This document shows, in pieces, positions 16,038 to 29,696 of a stretch of DNA of 60,759 nucleotides. Positions within the stretch are counted from its first letter, which is position 1. Every line of letters starts with the position of its first letter. A program made the translations under genes and the position numbers. The DNA comes from Eledone cirrhosa. Taxonomy: Eukaryota. The DNA is taken from the NCBI GenBank assembly GCA_964016885.1, contig CAXHJY010000631.1:1-60759 (forward strand). The letters are read 5' to 3'. Below the pieces are notes generated by a model, which worked only from the letters and a program-made list of their open reading frames with translations, did no database searches and was not told where the DNA came from.

Positions 16038-16757
16038 TATATATATATATATACACATGTATGTGTGTGTATCGTGTGTCTGTTTCTGTCTGTGTGTCTG
16101 TGTTTCCATATATTCTTATATAGAGATATAAATCTGTCTCTCCAGGCGTTTAATATCAAATCTTGCATAAGAGATCGATGTAGTATTTATTCATCTAGTC
16201 TTGCACACATCAGTGACTCTGCAAACAGATATATCTATATCTATATCTGGTAAATGTGTTCATACAGTACAATATTTTGATTACCCACTTCAAATACAAA
16301 ACACCGATGCGTGTGTATAATACTCTATCTAAGTCTGTGTGTTTTTATATTATATAAGTTCGTCTTCATGCTTGTATAAGTTTGTGTTTAGGAGTTTTTA
16401 GTATTTTTTTTTAGTCTGAATGTGTATTTGTTTTGTATGATTCACTGTAAAATGCAAAGAATTGGTAAGAAATCTTACAAATGGAATCTGCGATATACGT
16501 TCGATTTTTGGTTGTGCCAATTTGTTTTCCATTTAATACTCGTAGTTTAGAGTTTAGCTGAGATTGATGTTATCTCACACTTGCACTATCTTCTACAAAA
16601 CAGCTTGTTTGGGAGACCGTAGGTGGGGGGACCTAATTAATGGGAAATGATACTGCCACGCATTCTGCGCGAAATTGCGCGCCAGCAATGTGGCTAATAA
16701 GGGGAACCTAATATAACTAAGTAAAATTGCCTCCTTTGTTTTGTTCGTTTCAGTTAT

Positions 16758-16824
<67 letters not shown>

Positions 16825-16828
<4 letters not shown>

Positions 16829-16978
16829 CCCGGGTTCAATCGGGTTAATCACAGTAAGTAAGGAACACAATACATAGAAGATTATAAATATTTAATATAG
16901 AAATGGCTTCTCCAGCACTAGAACTGTTTCATTCGGGAGACATTCTCACAAAGGAAACAGTTCTAGTCCTGTAGAATA
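16825..16978 (-). mobile_element. Family B Penelope-like fold-back fragment (diverged)
   Basis: Similar to 7411/44008; short inverted arm ctagaactgtttc / gaaacagttctag; both sides (TA)n. Confidence 0.55.
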
Positions 16979-16980
16979 GA

Positions 16981-17069
<89 letters not shown>

Positions 17070-17803
17070 AGAAGCAACTCACTATTTTGAAAATTTGGAC
17101 TGTGAACAGCAATTATAATTGAGTGGCTGCTATTTTCAGTATAGCAATATAAGGTTGCACTTACCAATGAAACGGTCGTAAATACCTGGATAAAATCCTT
17201 CTCTTAATGCTTACCTGTGTTTTCTCTTTTATACTATATATATATATATATGCATTTTCGCAGTCTCGGTCACTTCGATTCAGTATATATATAGATAGAT
17301 AAAATTTTATCATATATTTTAGGTACTTAACGCACAAATTAACATATATCTTAAATAACTACCAACATGAACACTAATAATATTCAAATTAGTACGTCTA
17401 TACGTCTATAAGTGATAGGAAATATAAGTCCCTCGGTGATGTATTTCCTTGTGGTTGTTGATATGTGAGAAGAAATTATCAACGGAAGGGAAAATATTCG
17501 AAATGATAAACAATGGATAATCATTGAATGTCTTAAGGAAATGGAGACAACATATTTTGTTATTCCATCCTCAAGGAATCCTATTTCTCACAGGACTGTC
17601 AGTGCTTACCATTATATATTCAAACATTCTTCTTATGTTCTTTATATATCAAATTGAATGTTCTATTTTTCATACCGATCCGTAGATGGAACAGTAACAA
17701 TATCCAGTAGTAACGATTTGTGAAGATGCATTTCTCTATACTCTATAAATTATATTACTCTGCATCTAGCATTAAGTAATGTGTTTTCACTATTGTCTCT
17801 CCC

Positions 17804-17894
<91 letters not shown>

Positions 17895-17897
<3 letters not shown>

Positions 17898-18063
17898 GAA
17901 GGAAATGTGGTAAGGAAAAAGATGGACCATAACGCACCAGAGTACTTAATACTTAGGGTAGTAGAGTGGGTAATAGGAAAAGGTATGACCCCGACGGCTA
18001 TTTTGGGGACAGAAATAGCCGACGAAACGGCTTGAGCTCTGCCGTCGGAGTCATACCTTTTCC
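17895..18063 (-). mobile_element. Family A fold-back element, copy 1 (internally deleted)
   Basis: aacgaaggaaatgtggtaagg tail; arms ggaaaaggtatgaccccgacgg / ccgtcggagtcataccttttcc; TA flanks. Confidence 0.8.
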
Positions 18064-18066
18064 TAT

Positions 18067-18099
<33 letters not shown>

Positions 18100-18571
18100 C
18101 ATATATATATGTACATATGGGATTTGAAAGAAAGGCGGAATGTAGGATAACAAGACATATAGAAAGAGATGTAAAAGAGAGATTCTTGTGATTAAGTATA
18201 TATGTCGGAATATGTGTTTGTATAATCTTAATATAAATATATATACACGCGTCAACATGCCTCCTTACACATACGTTTCTCTTTAATGTTCTCGTCTCTG
18301 AATGAAGTTATTATATACAACAAGCGAAGTGAATTGTTCAAAATTCTCTTTGAAAATTATATGAGCCATTTACGCAATATCTGGCGCCATTTGCATTAAA
18401 ACCACAAGTTCAGTAATTAGAACCGTTTACATTATCAGTGAAAGCTAAAGGACGACGAGTTAGCAGCAACACTTAAAAACTGGGGGTAAATTCATTATGG
18501 TATTCTGTTGTTCTGGGTTCAAATCACATATGTGTTGAAATAATTGTTTGGATAAATATTATTTACAAAAG

Positions 18572-18720
18572 AGCGGAAGATTGACGTAATAGATAGAGCG
18601 CCGGACAAAATGTCTTGCGGTATTTAGTTATAGGCATTTACGTTTTAATTTCAAACCCTACCGAGACCACCCTTCTGTGTCAGGGGGTGCCCTGAGTCTA
18701 TAAAGTAAAGAACCATTAAC
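18572..18720 (+). mobile_element. Degenerate OK-like SINE
   Basis: agagcgccggacaaaatgtcttgcggtattt...ttcaaaccctaccgag. Confidence 0.5.
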
Positions 18721-18756
18721 GTACAGTCAAAGATGTAGCGTTTTCCCACCAACATG

Positions 18757-18814
<58 letters not shown>

Positions 18815-18822
<8 letters not shown>

Positions 18823-18979
18823 TAAAATAACAGATTAAAGTTTAAGCAAAAGAATCGCTGCTTTCACCCTTAACGGGATCTTCTGAAAATATTTGCTCTA
18901 CGGTTCTTATATATTTGATATATATTTTCCTTATCGAGCCCTCTTTGGATTTTAGTCTTCAATTTTATTATTATTACTA
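18815..18979. mobile_element. Repeat-element tail with internal inversion relative to 19981-20141
   Basis: Segment A (18815-18888) is direct and segment B (18888-18979) is inverted relative to the second copy. Confidence 0.7.
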
Positions 18980-19002
18980 TATATATATATATATATATAT
19001 AA

Positions 19003-19095
<93 letters not shown>

Positions 19096-19469
19096 TATAT
19101 ATATATACACGCATATATGTGTGTGTGTGTGTGTGTGTGTGTTTGTAAAGAACAATGATATAAAGTTATGTGACATACGATCATCAAAACTTCCTGTATT
19201 ACAGAAAGACAATACTTTCTTCATATAAGTAAGTCTAGTGAACCTTATATGGTAGCTGCGGTTAGGGCCCATTAGGGTCCAATAGGATCGATGACACAGA
19301 TGGACCCATTTTTTTAGACCACCCACTTTTATCTTTAGCTTATAATTCGTAGGACATTGTTACTATATCACATATATACATACAAATAAATATATATTTA
19401 TATATTTATACATACGCACACATATAAATAGAAACACACACACAATATATGTATATATATGTATATATT

Positions 19470-19501
<32 letters not shown>

Positions 19502-19791
19502 AGTATGTATTTACGGTTTAATTTTTATTTTTAATTATCGTGTCTATACTCTGCTTTTCATAGGTTATAGATTCCATACACTGATGGTTTTTTCCCTGTT
19601 TTATTGATAGCGCACTGTATCTCTCTCTAGTGTGTTACCTTTCTCAACATATTGTATTTTAAAGAGCTCAGGATTTCCTCTCCTTTGAGCACATTATTTA
19701 CAGGGAATGGCGAGAGTCTATGGCTCCGTTAATGTATCGTGATAAATATATATATATATGTATATGTATATATATATATGTATTTATGAAT

Positions 19792-19958
19792 AAAGTGGTC
19801 CTTCATCAGTGATCTTCCAACCATCACAGGTATTTCTTCGCTTTAAAGACCATATACCTCCGGTTGGTGCGAGCAACGGCTAAAGAAAGTCGTTGGGACA
19901 CGTAAATAAAGGGAACAGCGAGAGTGTAAACAAACAAAGATGGTGAAGCAACGAAAAG
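19792..19958 (-). mobile_element. Repeat fragment ending in a truncated hammerhead core; diverged copy at 20573-20790
   Basis: Minus strand ...gatcaCTGATGAaggacc; shared tcatcagtgat...ggtatttc...catatacctc..gttggtgc with 20573. Confidence 0.45.
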
Positions 19959-19980
19959 TATATATATATATATATATATA

Positions 19981-20141
19981 TAGTAATAATAATAAATTTG
20001 AAGACTAAAATCCAAAGAGGGCTCGATAAGGATAAATATGTATCAAATATATAAGAACCGTAGAGCAAATATTTATTAAAATAACAGATTAAAGTTTAAG
20101 CAAAGAATCGATGCTTTCACCCTTAACGGGATCTTCTGAAA
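19981..20141 (-). mobile_element. Probable Penelope-like tail with degenerate hammerhead-like core
   Basis: Minus strand reads cagaaga-tccc-gttaa-gggt-GAAA-gca-TC, then AATAAA and a tail into (TA)n. Confidence 0.45.
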
Positions 20142-20385
20142 CTAACAATATATATATTGGAAAATGTGTGAGATCCTTGGTACAGTTACGTATATTTGAA
20201 AAAAAAGGAAAAAATGACTTCTCTTGTAGTGTTAAAAAATGTTATGATTTAATGTTATAATATTATAATATTATGAGTTGGTAGATCCAGTAAGTTGTTT
20301 GTTAACTTCGGTGGGAAGAATTTTAGAGATTCCTGGTTAACTTGGGTTGGAGAGCTTTCTCGCATTCGCCTGTCTGTGGCGATTG

Positions 20386-20433
<48 letters not shown>

Positions 20434-20802
20434 GTGCTATTAAGTTATACATGGCTTGGGCCAATGGTGGCTGAAACCTATCAAGGTTATCAGAGTTATA
20501 TATATATATATATGAGAAAAATATGGGGAGAAGAATACTGCATGGTTGCACATGGATAACATGTTATAAAATGAGTCCCTCATCAGTGATTTGCCAACGG
20601 TCATTGGTATTTCATTGCATTAAAAATCATATACCTCACGTTGGTGCAATAATAACTAAAATAAGTTATTAGGACAATAGAAACGCGTAAAGCGAGTGAG
20701 ACAAGTAAACAACACAGGGGAAAGCTAACCGAAGATAGGAAGAAACACAAGCTACATAGTTATTCTATCAGTATAAGCTGGGTGAATATAAGAGCGAGTA
20801 AG

Positions 20803-20882
<80 letters not shown>

Positions 20883-20975
20883 TATATATATGGTATTTGA
20901 AGCGTTAACCTAATATATTCCTTCCATATACTCTTGTTATTTCTGTTTACCTTTTACATAAACACATATATACGT

Positions 20976-21038
<63 letters not shown>

Positions 21039-21263
21039 GTGTAGTGAACCCCAGAAACCTAAATAATATTAAAATAGAAGTTACAATACCGCGAGTCATC
21101 TGGCACCAATGAACGACGAGTTTATATTGTACTATCTATATAGTCTAACTTATAGTCTGTACATTCTTTTATATATATATTAGACATGAGTTGATCAACA
21201 GAGATAAAGACACATTGACTACGCCTTATTAGCTCACTTACTATCTCTCTTTTTCACTCAGTC

Positions 21264-21300
<37 letters not shown>

Positions 21301-21477
21301 TTGTGATCAGGTAGTGTGGAGTTACATATTAATCTAAATATAACTTTAGGGATACTGTTCTTTTCTTTTTCGTTTTAAATTTCATACGAGGTGTCTTTCC
21401 TCTTGTTTTCTGTTTACGCATATCATATTTTAATTCCACGACCAACGACAATCAACTATCACTACCACCGCAATATC

Positions 21478-21530
<53 letters not shown>

Positions 21531-21532
<2 letters not shown>

Positions 21533-21709
21533 AACGAGTAGGACACCGACGGCTGAGCCCAAGCCGTTTCGACGGCTAATTCTGGACGAAACGGCTTGAG
21601 CTCAGCAGTCGGGGTCCTACTCTATTCCTATTACCCACTCTACTACCCTAAGTATTGAGTACTTTGGTGCGTTATGGTCCACCTGGTTCCTTACCACTTT
21701 TCCTTCGTT
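21531..21709 (+). mobile_element. Family A fold-back element, copy 2
   Basis: ggaacgagtagg...aagccgtttcg / cgaaacggcttgagctc...cctattacccactc...ccttcgtt; (TA)n both sides. Confidence 0.85.
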
Positions 21710-21867
21710 ATATATATATATATAAAGGTTTACACATATATATGATATATATATATACGTATAAATATTTCGTATCTCCAAAGAAATACAGTTTTAGGAA
21801 GCCGTAGCTATGCAAACACCGGGGGGCTAACGCCCTCTGGTGTTGTCCAGCAGAAGAAAGGGGGACA

Positions 21868-21911
21868 ACCGTCTATGCATTTCAGGCTTAACTGGCCTTC
21901 GTCAGACCGAT
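21868..21911 (-). ncRNA. Minimal type I hammerhead ribozyme (left arm)
   Basis: Minus strand atcggt-CTGACGA-aggc(cagttaa)gcct-GAAA-tgca-TA-gacggt; stem II perfect, stem I partly mismatched. Confidence 0.7.
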
Positions 21912-22027
21912 CCCTCCCGCCACTTGTGACTGCTGGACTAGAAGACAGCTGAGAATATATACTTTAGATTAATCTAAATTGCATATGAAGCTGTCTTCTA
22001 GTCCAGCAGTCACAAGCGGTGGGAGGG

Positions 22028-22071
22028 ACCGTCCTGACGAAGGCCAGTTAAACGTGAAATGCATAGACGGT
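22028..22071 (+). ncRNA. Minimal type I hammerhead ribozyme (right arm)
   Basis: accgtc-CTGACGA-aggccagttaaacgt-GAAA-tgca-TA-gacggt; perfect 6-bp stem I, palindromic TGCA loop III, stem II damaged. Confidence 0.7.
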
Positions 22072-22223
22072 TGACCCCCTTGCTTCTGCTGGACATCACC
22101 AGAGGGCGTTAGCCCCCCGGTGTTTGCATACCTACGGCTTCCTAAAACTGTATTTTTTTGGAGCTACGAAATATTTATACATATTGTATAAAGCTATGCT
22201 TGAAAGCCAAATCCTATTTCTTT

Positions 22224-22285
<62 letters not shown>

Positions 22286-22287
<2 letters not shown>

Positions 22288-22494
22288 CGAAGGAATTGTG
22301 GTAAGGAACCAGGTGGACCATAATGCACCAAAGTACTCAATACTTGAGGTAGTAGAGTGGGTAATAGGAACCAGTAAGACCCCGACAGCTGAGCTCAAGC
22401 CGTTTCGACGGCAAATTCGACGGCTAATTCGACGGCTAATTCGAATTAGCCGTCGAAACGGCTTGAGCTCAGCTGTCGGGGTCTTACTGGTTCC
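22286..22494 (-). mobile_element. Family A fold-back element, copy 3
   Basis: Arms ggaaccagtaagaccccgacagctgagctc / gagctcagctgtcggggtcttactggttcc; loop has triplicated ttcgacggc(t/a)aa. Confidence 0.85.
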
Positions 22495-22521
22495 TATATA
22501 TATATATATATATATATATAT

Positions 22522-22694
22522 AACGAAGGAATTGTGGTAAGGAACCAGATGGACCATAACGCACGAAAGTACTCAATACTTAGGGTAGCAGAGTGGGTAA
22601 TAGGAACAAGTATGACCCCGACTGCAGAGCTCAAGCCGTTTCGACGGCTATTTCTGGAAACGGCTTGAGCTCTGCCGTCGGGGTCATACTTGTT

Positions 22695-22696
<2 letters not shown>
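22522..22696 (-). mobile_element. Family A fold-back element, copy 4
   Basis: Arms ggaacaagtatgaccccgac / gtcggggtcatacttgttcc; separated from copy 3 by (TA)n. Confidence 0.85.
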
Positions 22697-22759
<63 letters not shown>

Positions 22760-22760
22760 G

Positions 22761-22818
<58 letters not shown>

Positions 22819-22820
22819 TA

Positions 22821-22995
<175 letters not shown>

Positions 22996-23021
22996 TGATA
23001 TACACACATATATATATGTAA

Positions 23022-23110
<89 letters not shown>

Positions 23111-23157
23111 TATATATAAATATATATATAAATATATATATATATATTTATATATAT

Positions 23158-23213
<56 letters not shown>

Positions 23214-23217
23214 TTAT

Positions 23218-23408
<191 letters not shown>

Positions 23409-23415
23409 TATATTT

Positions 23416-23484
<69 letters not shown>

Positions 23485-23516
23485 TAAATGAATAATTCTT
23501 GTCTTTTTCTTCACAG

Positions 23517-23974
23517 ACGAACAGTTCTTCTTCGATAAACACAGATATCTACCCGGAGTATCGAATGCCTGGTCCTTCTGGAGACCCCTAACATCTCCTC
23601 TGATATCAGCAGCCACAGTAGCAGCAGCAGCAGCAGCGGCCGCAGCAGCCAGAGCAGCATCAACTTCATCTTCCTCCTCTTCTTCCTCTTCCTCTCCCCC
23701 CGGTGTCGAACGACCCGTTTATTCGATTTATAGTGGGTTTTATGGTTTAGCACACACCGCCGCCGCGGCGGCGGCCGCAATGCAATCTTCCTCTGTAGCT
23801 TTGACCAACCCAACTGCACAGAACCATATGGTCAATGCATTAGCTGCATCTGCGTCAAGTGCATCACAAACAGCTGCAGGTCTTTGTGCACCAATCTCTA
23901 GTAGCTTATACAATCACCCAAGCCTTTTCCGTTATCACCCTTACGTTACCACAAAACGAAAAACCACATCGTAA
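23517..23974 (+). CDS. Terminal coding exon of a probable developmental transcription factor (poly-Ala/poly-Ser, C-terminal FRYHPY motif)
   Basis: Acceptor ttcttgtctttttcttcacAG (23515-23516), phase 1. Open frame [54 protein letters not shown]...[67 protein letters not shown]-rich island in AT-rich surroundings; AATAAA at 23982. Upstream exons not identified. Confidence 0.8.
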
Positions 23975-24011
23975 TGACAGCAATAAAGAAAATGTAACCC
24001 GATGTTAAACC

Positions 24012-24428
24012 ATGTAAAACTGTTTAAAATTAACCCTATGTAAATCCAACTAAAACTGTTTAAAAGGAATCTTATGTAACCCCAACAAAAACTGTTTAAA
24101 ATTAACCCTATATAAAACCAGCTAAAACTGTTTAAAATGAAGCTAATGTTACCCTAACTAAAACTGTTTAAAATGAACTTAATGTAACCCCAACAAAAAC
24201 TGTGTAAAATGAACTCAATGTTATCCAGCTAAAACTGTTTAAAAGGAGCCCTATGTAACCCCAACAAAAACTGTTTAAAATGAACCGAATGTGACCCAAG
24301 AAAAACTATTTAAGATGAAGCCAATGAAACCCAGCTAAAACTGTTTCAAGTGAACTCAATCTAAACCCAACTAAAACTGTTTAAAATAAGCCCAGTGTTA
24401 CCCTAACTAAAACTGTTTGAAATAAACC
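24012..24428. repeat. 36-bp minisatellite, about 12 copies, just after the stop codon
   Basis: aaaactgtttaaaat...atgtaaccccaac recurs every 36 nt (ctgtt at 24020, 24056, ...). Confidence 0.9.
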
Positions 24429-24887
24429 ATCATTTTTGACTTATGATATAACAGTTTTGAAACTGAACTGATATTTCATTCTATTACCACAAACTTTATC
24501 TCCATCCCCCATCACTTGTAGCACCACCAACACCACCACTACCACCACTACTACAACCAACACTACCACCACCACTACTACCACCGATACCACCACCACT
24601 ACCACCTTCACACTCTCCTATACAACCACGCACAATCACACCCATTTTCAACCCTCCTCCTTTCAGTTTCTGGTTTATTCTAATATTATTTACTAGAATT
24701 CCAAAAGAATTCAAATGATTTCTGTCTGTCTTCAGTTCGCAACATCTTATCATACACAGACACATATACATACATACACACATATATATATATATATAAA
24801 CATATGTATATATATACATATATATATATACATACATATATATATACATATATATATATACACACATATATATATACATATATAAAT

Positions 24888-24980
<93 letters not shown>

Positions 24981-25154
24981 ATATAAACATATGTATATAT
25001 ACATACATATATATACATATATATATATTTGTAGTTTCTAAATTCTTCTTTACCAAATTTATTCAATTTTTTCTCCACAGTTTCTTCTATATTTACTTAT
25101 GTCTATCTTATCTCATCTCTCCACGACTCACCTTTTCAAGCAAAGTACGATAAA

Positions 25155-25582
25155 CTATATTATATCATTATATAAAGTATTACGTTATCATATAACGTTA
25201 TATAACGTATTACTGTATATTATATTGTTATATAAAGTATTACTTTATATTATAACGTTATATAAAGCAAAACTGAATAATATAACCTTATATAACGAAA
25301 TACTGTACAAAACTGCATAATATAACCTTAAATAACGAAATACTGTATATTACATCGTTATATAACGTAAAACTCTATAATTTAACGTTATATAAAGTAT
25401 TACTTTATATTATAAAGTTATATAACGCAAAAGTGTATATTATATCGTTACATAACGTAAACTCTATATTATATCGTTATATAAAGGATTACTGTACAAT
25501 ATATCATTATTTATAGTAATACTGTATAAAATATCGTTATATAATATATCATTATATAACGTAATATTGTCTAATATATCGT
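25155..25582. repeat. ~30-bp AT-rich minisatellite
   Basis: Unit tattatatcgttatataa(a/c)gtattactgta repeated. Confidence 0.8.
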
Positions 25583-25641
25583 TCCTTCAATAAAAAATAA
25601 ATCATATTTTATAACTGTTTTTGATATGTATGTATATGTAT

Positions 25642-26193
25642 GTCAGGTCGCTCTTCAGCGCTACTGGTAACATGTAACCCAGTACAACCTGTCTAATTGT
25701 TGGGTCGTCGGCGACTAAACCGGCAACCCCACAAAGCTTGCTTAGTGAGGAGGGTGATTTTGGACACCCCGCGGCATGAAAAAGAAGACCCGTCAAAGGG
25801 CGGAAGAACTCAGCAGAGTCAACGGCCATCCAATAAAGATTTTTTTGTTTTGTTTTTGATGGAGCGAGAGACCCCCTAGTCTCATTAAGACATCTCTCTT
25901 GGAGAGGGTCACTTTGATATAAAACCTGGGACTTCGTTTGGATCCAGTGACCAGTTCAACATTTTGGATAAATTCATTCGATGTTAAAAGATGGGGACTG
26001 GCTCCGTGGAAAGCTTTTCCTGACTAAAAAAAAAATCTTCAAGCACAGGCATTTCATGATATATGACATTTTTGTCGATGCATGGTATTGCTGGCCATAG
26101 GCAAGCCCCTTGCAGGACTAAAGAGCTAAGTCTGTGATGCTCATGCTTAAGTATCAAGCGACGGCATTACTCGAAATGGAGTTGCAGCCACCA
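25642..26193 (+). mobile_element. Non-autonomous bipartite RTE derivative, copy 2
   Basis: Same head (gtcaggtc...gctactggtaacatgta.cccagtacaacctgt) and tail (gagttgcagccacca) as 3326. Confidence 0.65.
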
Positions 26194-26242
26194 TATATAT
26201 ATATACATACATTTATACACAAACACACACTCATATATAAGC

Positions 26243-26297
<55 letters not shown>

Positions 26298-26339
26298 CAT
26301 ATGACCATACCATTGTGTGATTCTGTGTGAGTATGAGTA

Positions 26340-26440
<101 letters not shown>

Positions 26441-26530
26441 CGTGTGTATATACTTGTATAGAATGCTGTCTACATTACTACTGGCTAATATTGTTTACCG
26501 AACTTCAATTGTTTTTACAAGATGGAGTAG

Positions 26531-26586
<56 letters not shown>

Positions 26587-27094
26587 CCGCCATCATCATC
26601 AGCACCATCACTACCACCACCAGCAACAACAACATCACCAGTACCACCACCAGCAGCAGCAGCAGCAATAACAACACAGCGTGTTTTGTCAACCGGAAGG
26701 TCCAGTAAGTTTCTTCAATGACAAGGGGATGTAGTTAAGCAGATAATCCTTCTTCGCCTGGGATAAACATGCAGATACTGGCGAGGGATTAGCTCTCCTT
26801 CTTTCTTCTCTCCTGCAAGTCCTTTTCAGTGAATAAGCTACTCTTCTACTCACCACACCATCTAATCTGGTGGTTAGCTCTGCTTAAAAATATACAATAC
26901 GTCATAACATAAAGGTCAGAGTTTATTTGAATTTTTTTTTGTGTGTGTGGGGTGTGTCTGTGGGGTGAGTGGGGTGGGGGGGTTCTTGTCCTTGCTGGTC
27001 GAGTCGTTTTTTGTGTTTTTTTTTGTTGTTTTTCAACATTATTTTTCTACAAGTGAACCAGTAATAAAAACTTGTCTACACATATGTATGTATG

Positions 27095-27141
<47 letters not shown>

Positions 27142-27185
27142 ATATATATATGTGTGCGTGTGTTTGTGTGTGTCTATCTCTCTCT

Positions 27186-27280
<95 letters not shown>

Positions 27281-27398
27281 TATACACATAGCTAGAAAGA
27301 AAGTATGGTAGAAGACAAAGCTTATATTTGGGGAAAATGTCATATATATTCATATATACACATTTATACATAGAGAGTATATTTCATTACAAATACAG

Positions 27399-27458
<60 letters not shown>

Positions 27459-27652
27459 GTGTGTGTATCGATAGACGTATAGACATATAGTCACATGATA
27501 TAACGTATCGATATACGTATAGACATATAGTCACATAAATGAACACATACATATAAACACATATATATATATATATATACATTCATACATATATACGTAT
27601 ATATATATATATATATATATATGAAAATAGAGAAATTAATGTAAGCAAGAAG

Positions 27653-27754
<102 letters not shown>

Positions 27755-28179
27755 TATACAGATATGCATACATACATCTTCATGTGAATACAGATATATA
27801 TATAATCGCCCAAAATACACCAAATTCATCACGGAAAACCCTCACTCTACACCACATACATACATACATAGCTCCCTAATTCATAGTCTATATACACATA
27901 TACATATATATACACATACGTATACATACATACATACATACATACATACATACATACATACATACATACATACATACATACATACAAAGCTCCCTAATTC
28001 ATAGTCTACAAATGGCTGCGATAGCTGGCACCTTCAAAATTTGCAAAACATTCTTGCGATTCAAGGGATGACAATTTCTTTTCTTTTACAACCTTGCCAC
28101 CAGGAAGGTGGCCGGTCAAAAAAAAAAATATACTCGAAATTAAGAGAAAGAGATAACATATAGATACACACATATACAT

Positions 28180-28253
<74 letters not shown>

Positions 28254-28284
28254 ATGTGTGCATCTATATGTTAGAGGAAATATA

Positions 28285-28410
<126 letters not shown>

Positions 28411-28438
28411 TTTCCTCTTATGTTAGAGGAAATATATG

Positions 28439-28518
<80 letters not shown>

Positions 28519-28667
28519 TTTCCTCTCTGCTGTTGATAATCTAACATACACTTATGATCGACCAGTTTTTCTTACGCGTCAAAGCAGTGGACCATGATTC
28601 GATGAGAGAATTGCCGCGACTGACAAAGACTTTCTCTCTGGTATAGACAACGATGGCATTTCTCAAT

Positions 28668-28742
28668 TTAGTTCTGGTTGACCTTCGGTACATACATGCG
28701 TATATATTTAATCTCCAGTTCAAATAAAGAAGTAACCGGGCT
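28668..28742 (-). pseudogene. Possible C-terminal remnant of a Penelope-like GIY-YIG endonuclease
   Basis: Minus frame SPVTSLFELEIKYIRMYVPKVNQN* resembles the E...I....P.LN end of GIY-YIG domains; short, so uncertain. Confidence 0.35.
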
Positions 28743-29052
28743 CTATGAAGATTCCTTGGTAAGCTTCCTTCTTCACAGTTAAAAAATCCGCTTTACACAT
28801 ACATGAAGGCATGCATGCATGCAAGCGAGGCAAGCATGCGTGAACTCATCGATGAACGAGCGTATATGTATATACATACGTACATATACAGAAACCACAC
28901 ACACACACACACAGACACTGACACAAACGCACACACACACACATATATATCTATATCTATATCTAGATCTATATATATATATCTATATATATATATATAT
29001 ATATATATATAGGTGTGTGTGTGTGATATTGTATCTAAGCGTGCTTATATAT

Positions 29053-29113
<61 letters not shown>

Positions 29114-29193
29114 CATACAGATTTACTTATTCCACAGGGCTTCGACCACAAACACATAAATCTCTCTCTCTTTTCTCTCCCTTTCTCTCCCCC

Positions 29194-29246
<53 letters not shown>

Positions 29247-29264
29247 TATTTATATATATATAAT

Positions 29265-29317
<53 letters not shown>

Positions 29318-29318
<1 letters not shown>

Positions 29319-29470
29319 GAGGGCAATCCCAAAAGTAAGGTCTCCTTCCGATGCGTAAAGATCGGCGGATCACTCTGGATGCTCTCTGCATTTTGGTTCC
29401 TGGGGTTTCCCGAAGCACCATCCACAGGATTTTAACGGAAAAGTTGCAATATCGGAAGGAGACCTTATTT
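29318..29470 (+). mobile_element. Internally deleted mariner element
   Basis: TA then cgagggcaatcccaaaagtaaggtctcc TIR; RITLDALCILVPGVSRSTIHRILTEKLQYRK is the mariner second HTH before the WVP linker; partial right TIR ggagacctta. Confidence 0.8.
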
Positions 29471-29479
29471 ATATATACA

Positions 29480-29640
29480 CAGTGGCGGACTGGGTCTAAA
29501 AATATTAGTTGCCAGGAGATGAAGGGGGCCCACCTACATATAGAATGCTATTATTTAAATTTTATAATGAATAAATAACATTCTCGAAAAATACATAAAT
29601 AGAAACAAAACAAGGCAATCAATCTTTTGCGGAAAAATAT
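29480..29640 (+). mobile_element. hAT-like terminal fragment
   Basis: Starts cagtggcggactgg with gggggcccacc subterminal motif; no matching right end found. Confidence 0.4.
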
Positions 29641-29696
29641 CTTACCTTCTACAATAAAAAATATTATGTATTTTGTGAAATTCAAAGACTTTCAAT

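Larger units (their letters stand above)
21759..22180. mobile_element. 422-bp palindrome (~190-bp arms) with one hammerhead per arm; Penelope-like inverted pLTR structure
   Basis: Arms 21759-21950 and 21989-22180 are imperfect reverse complements; the 38-nt spacer has its own palindrome tttagattaatctaaa. Confidence 0.85.

Noticed and set aside
24012-24428. 36-bp repeats as a CRISPR array
   Set aside because: Units are contiguous and degenerate with no unique spacers; eukaryotic context and no cas genes.
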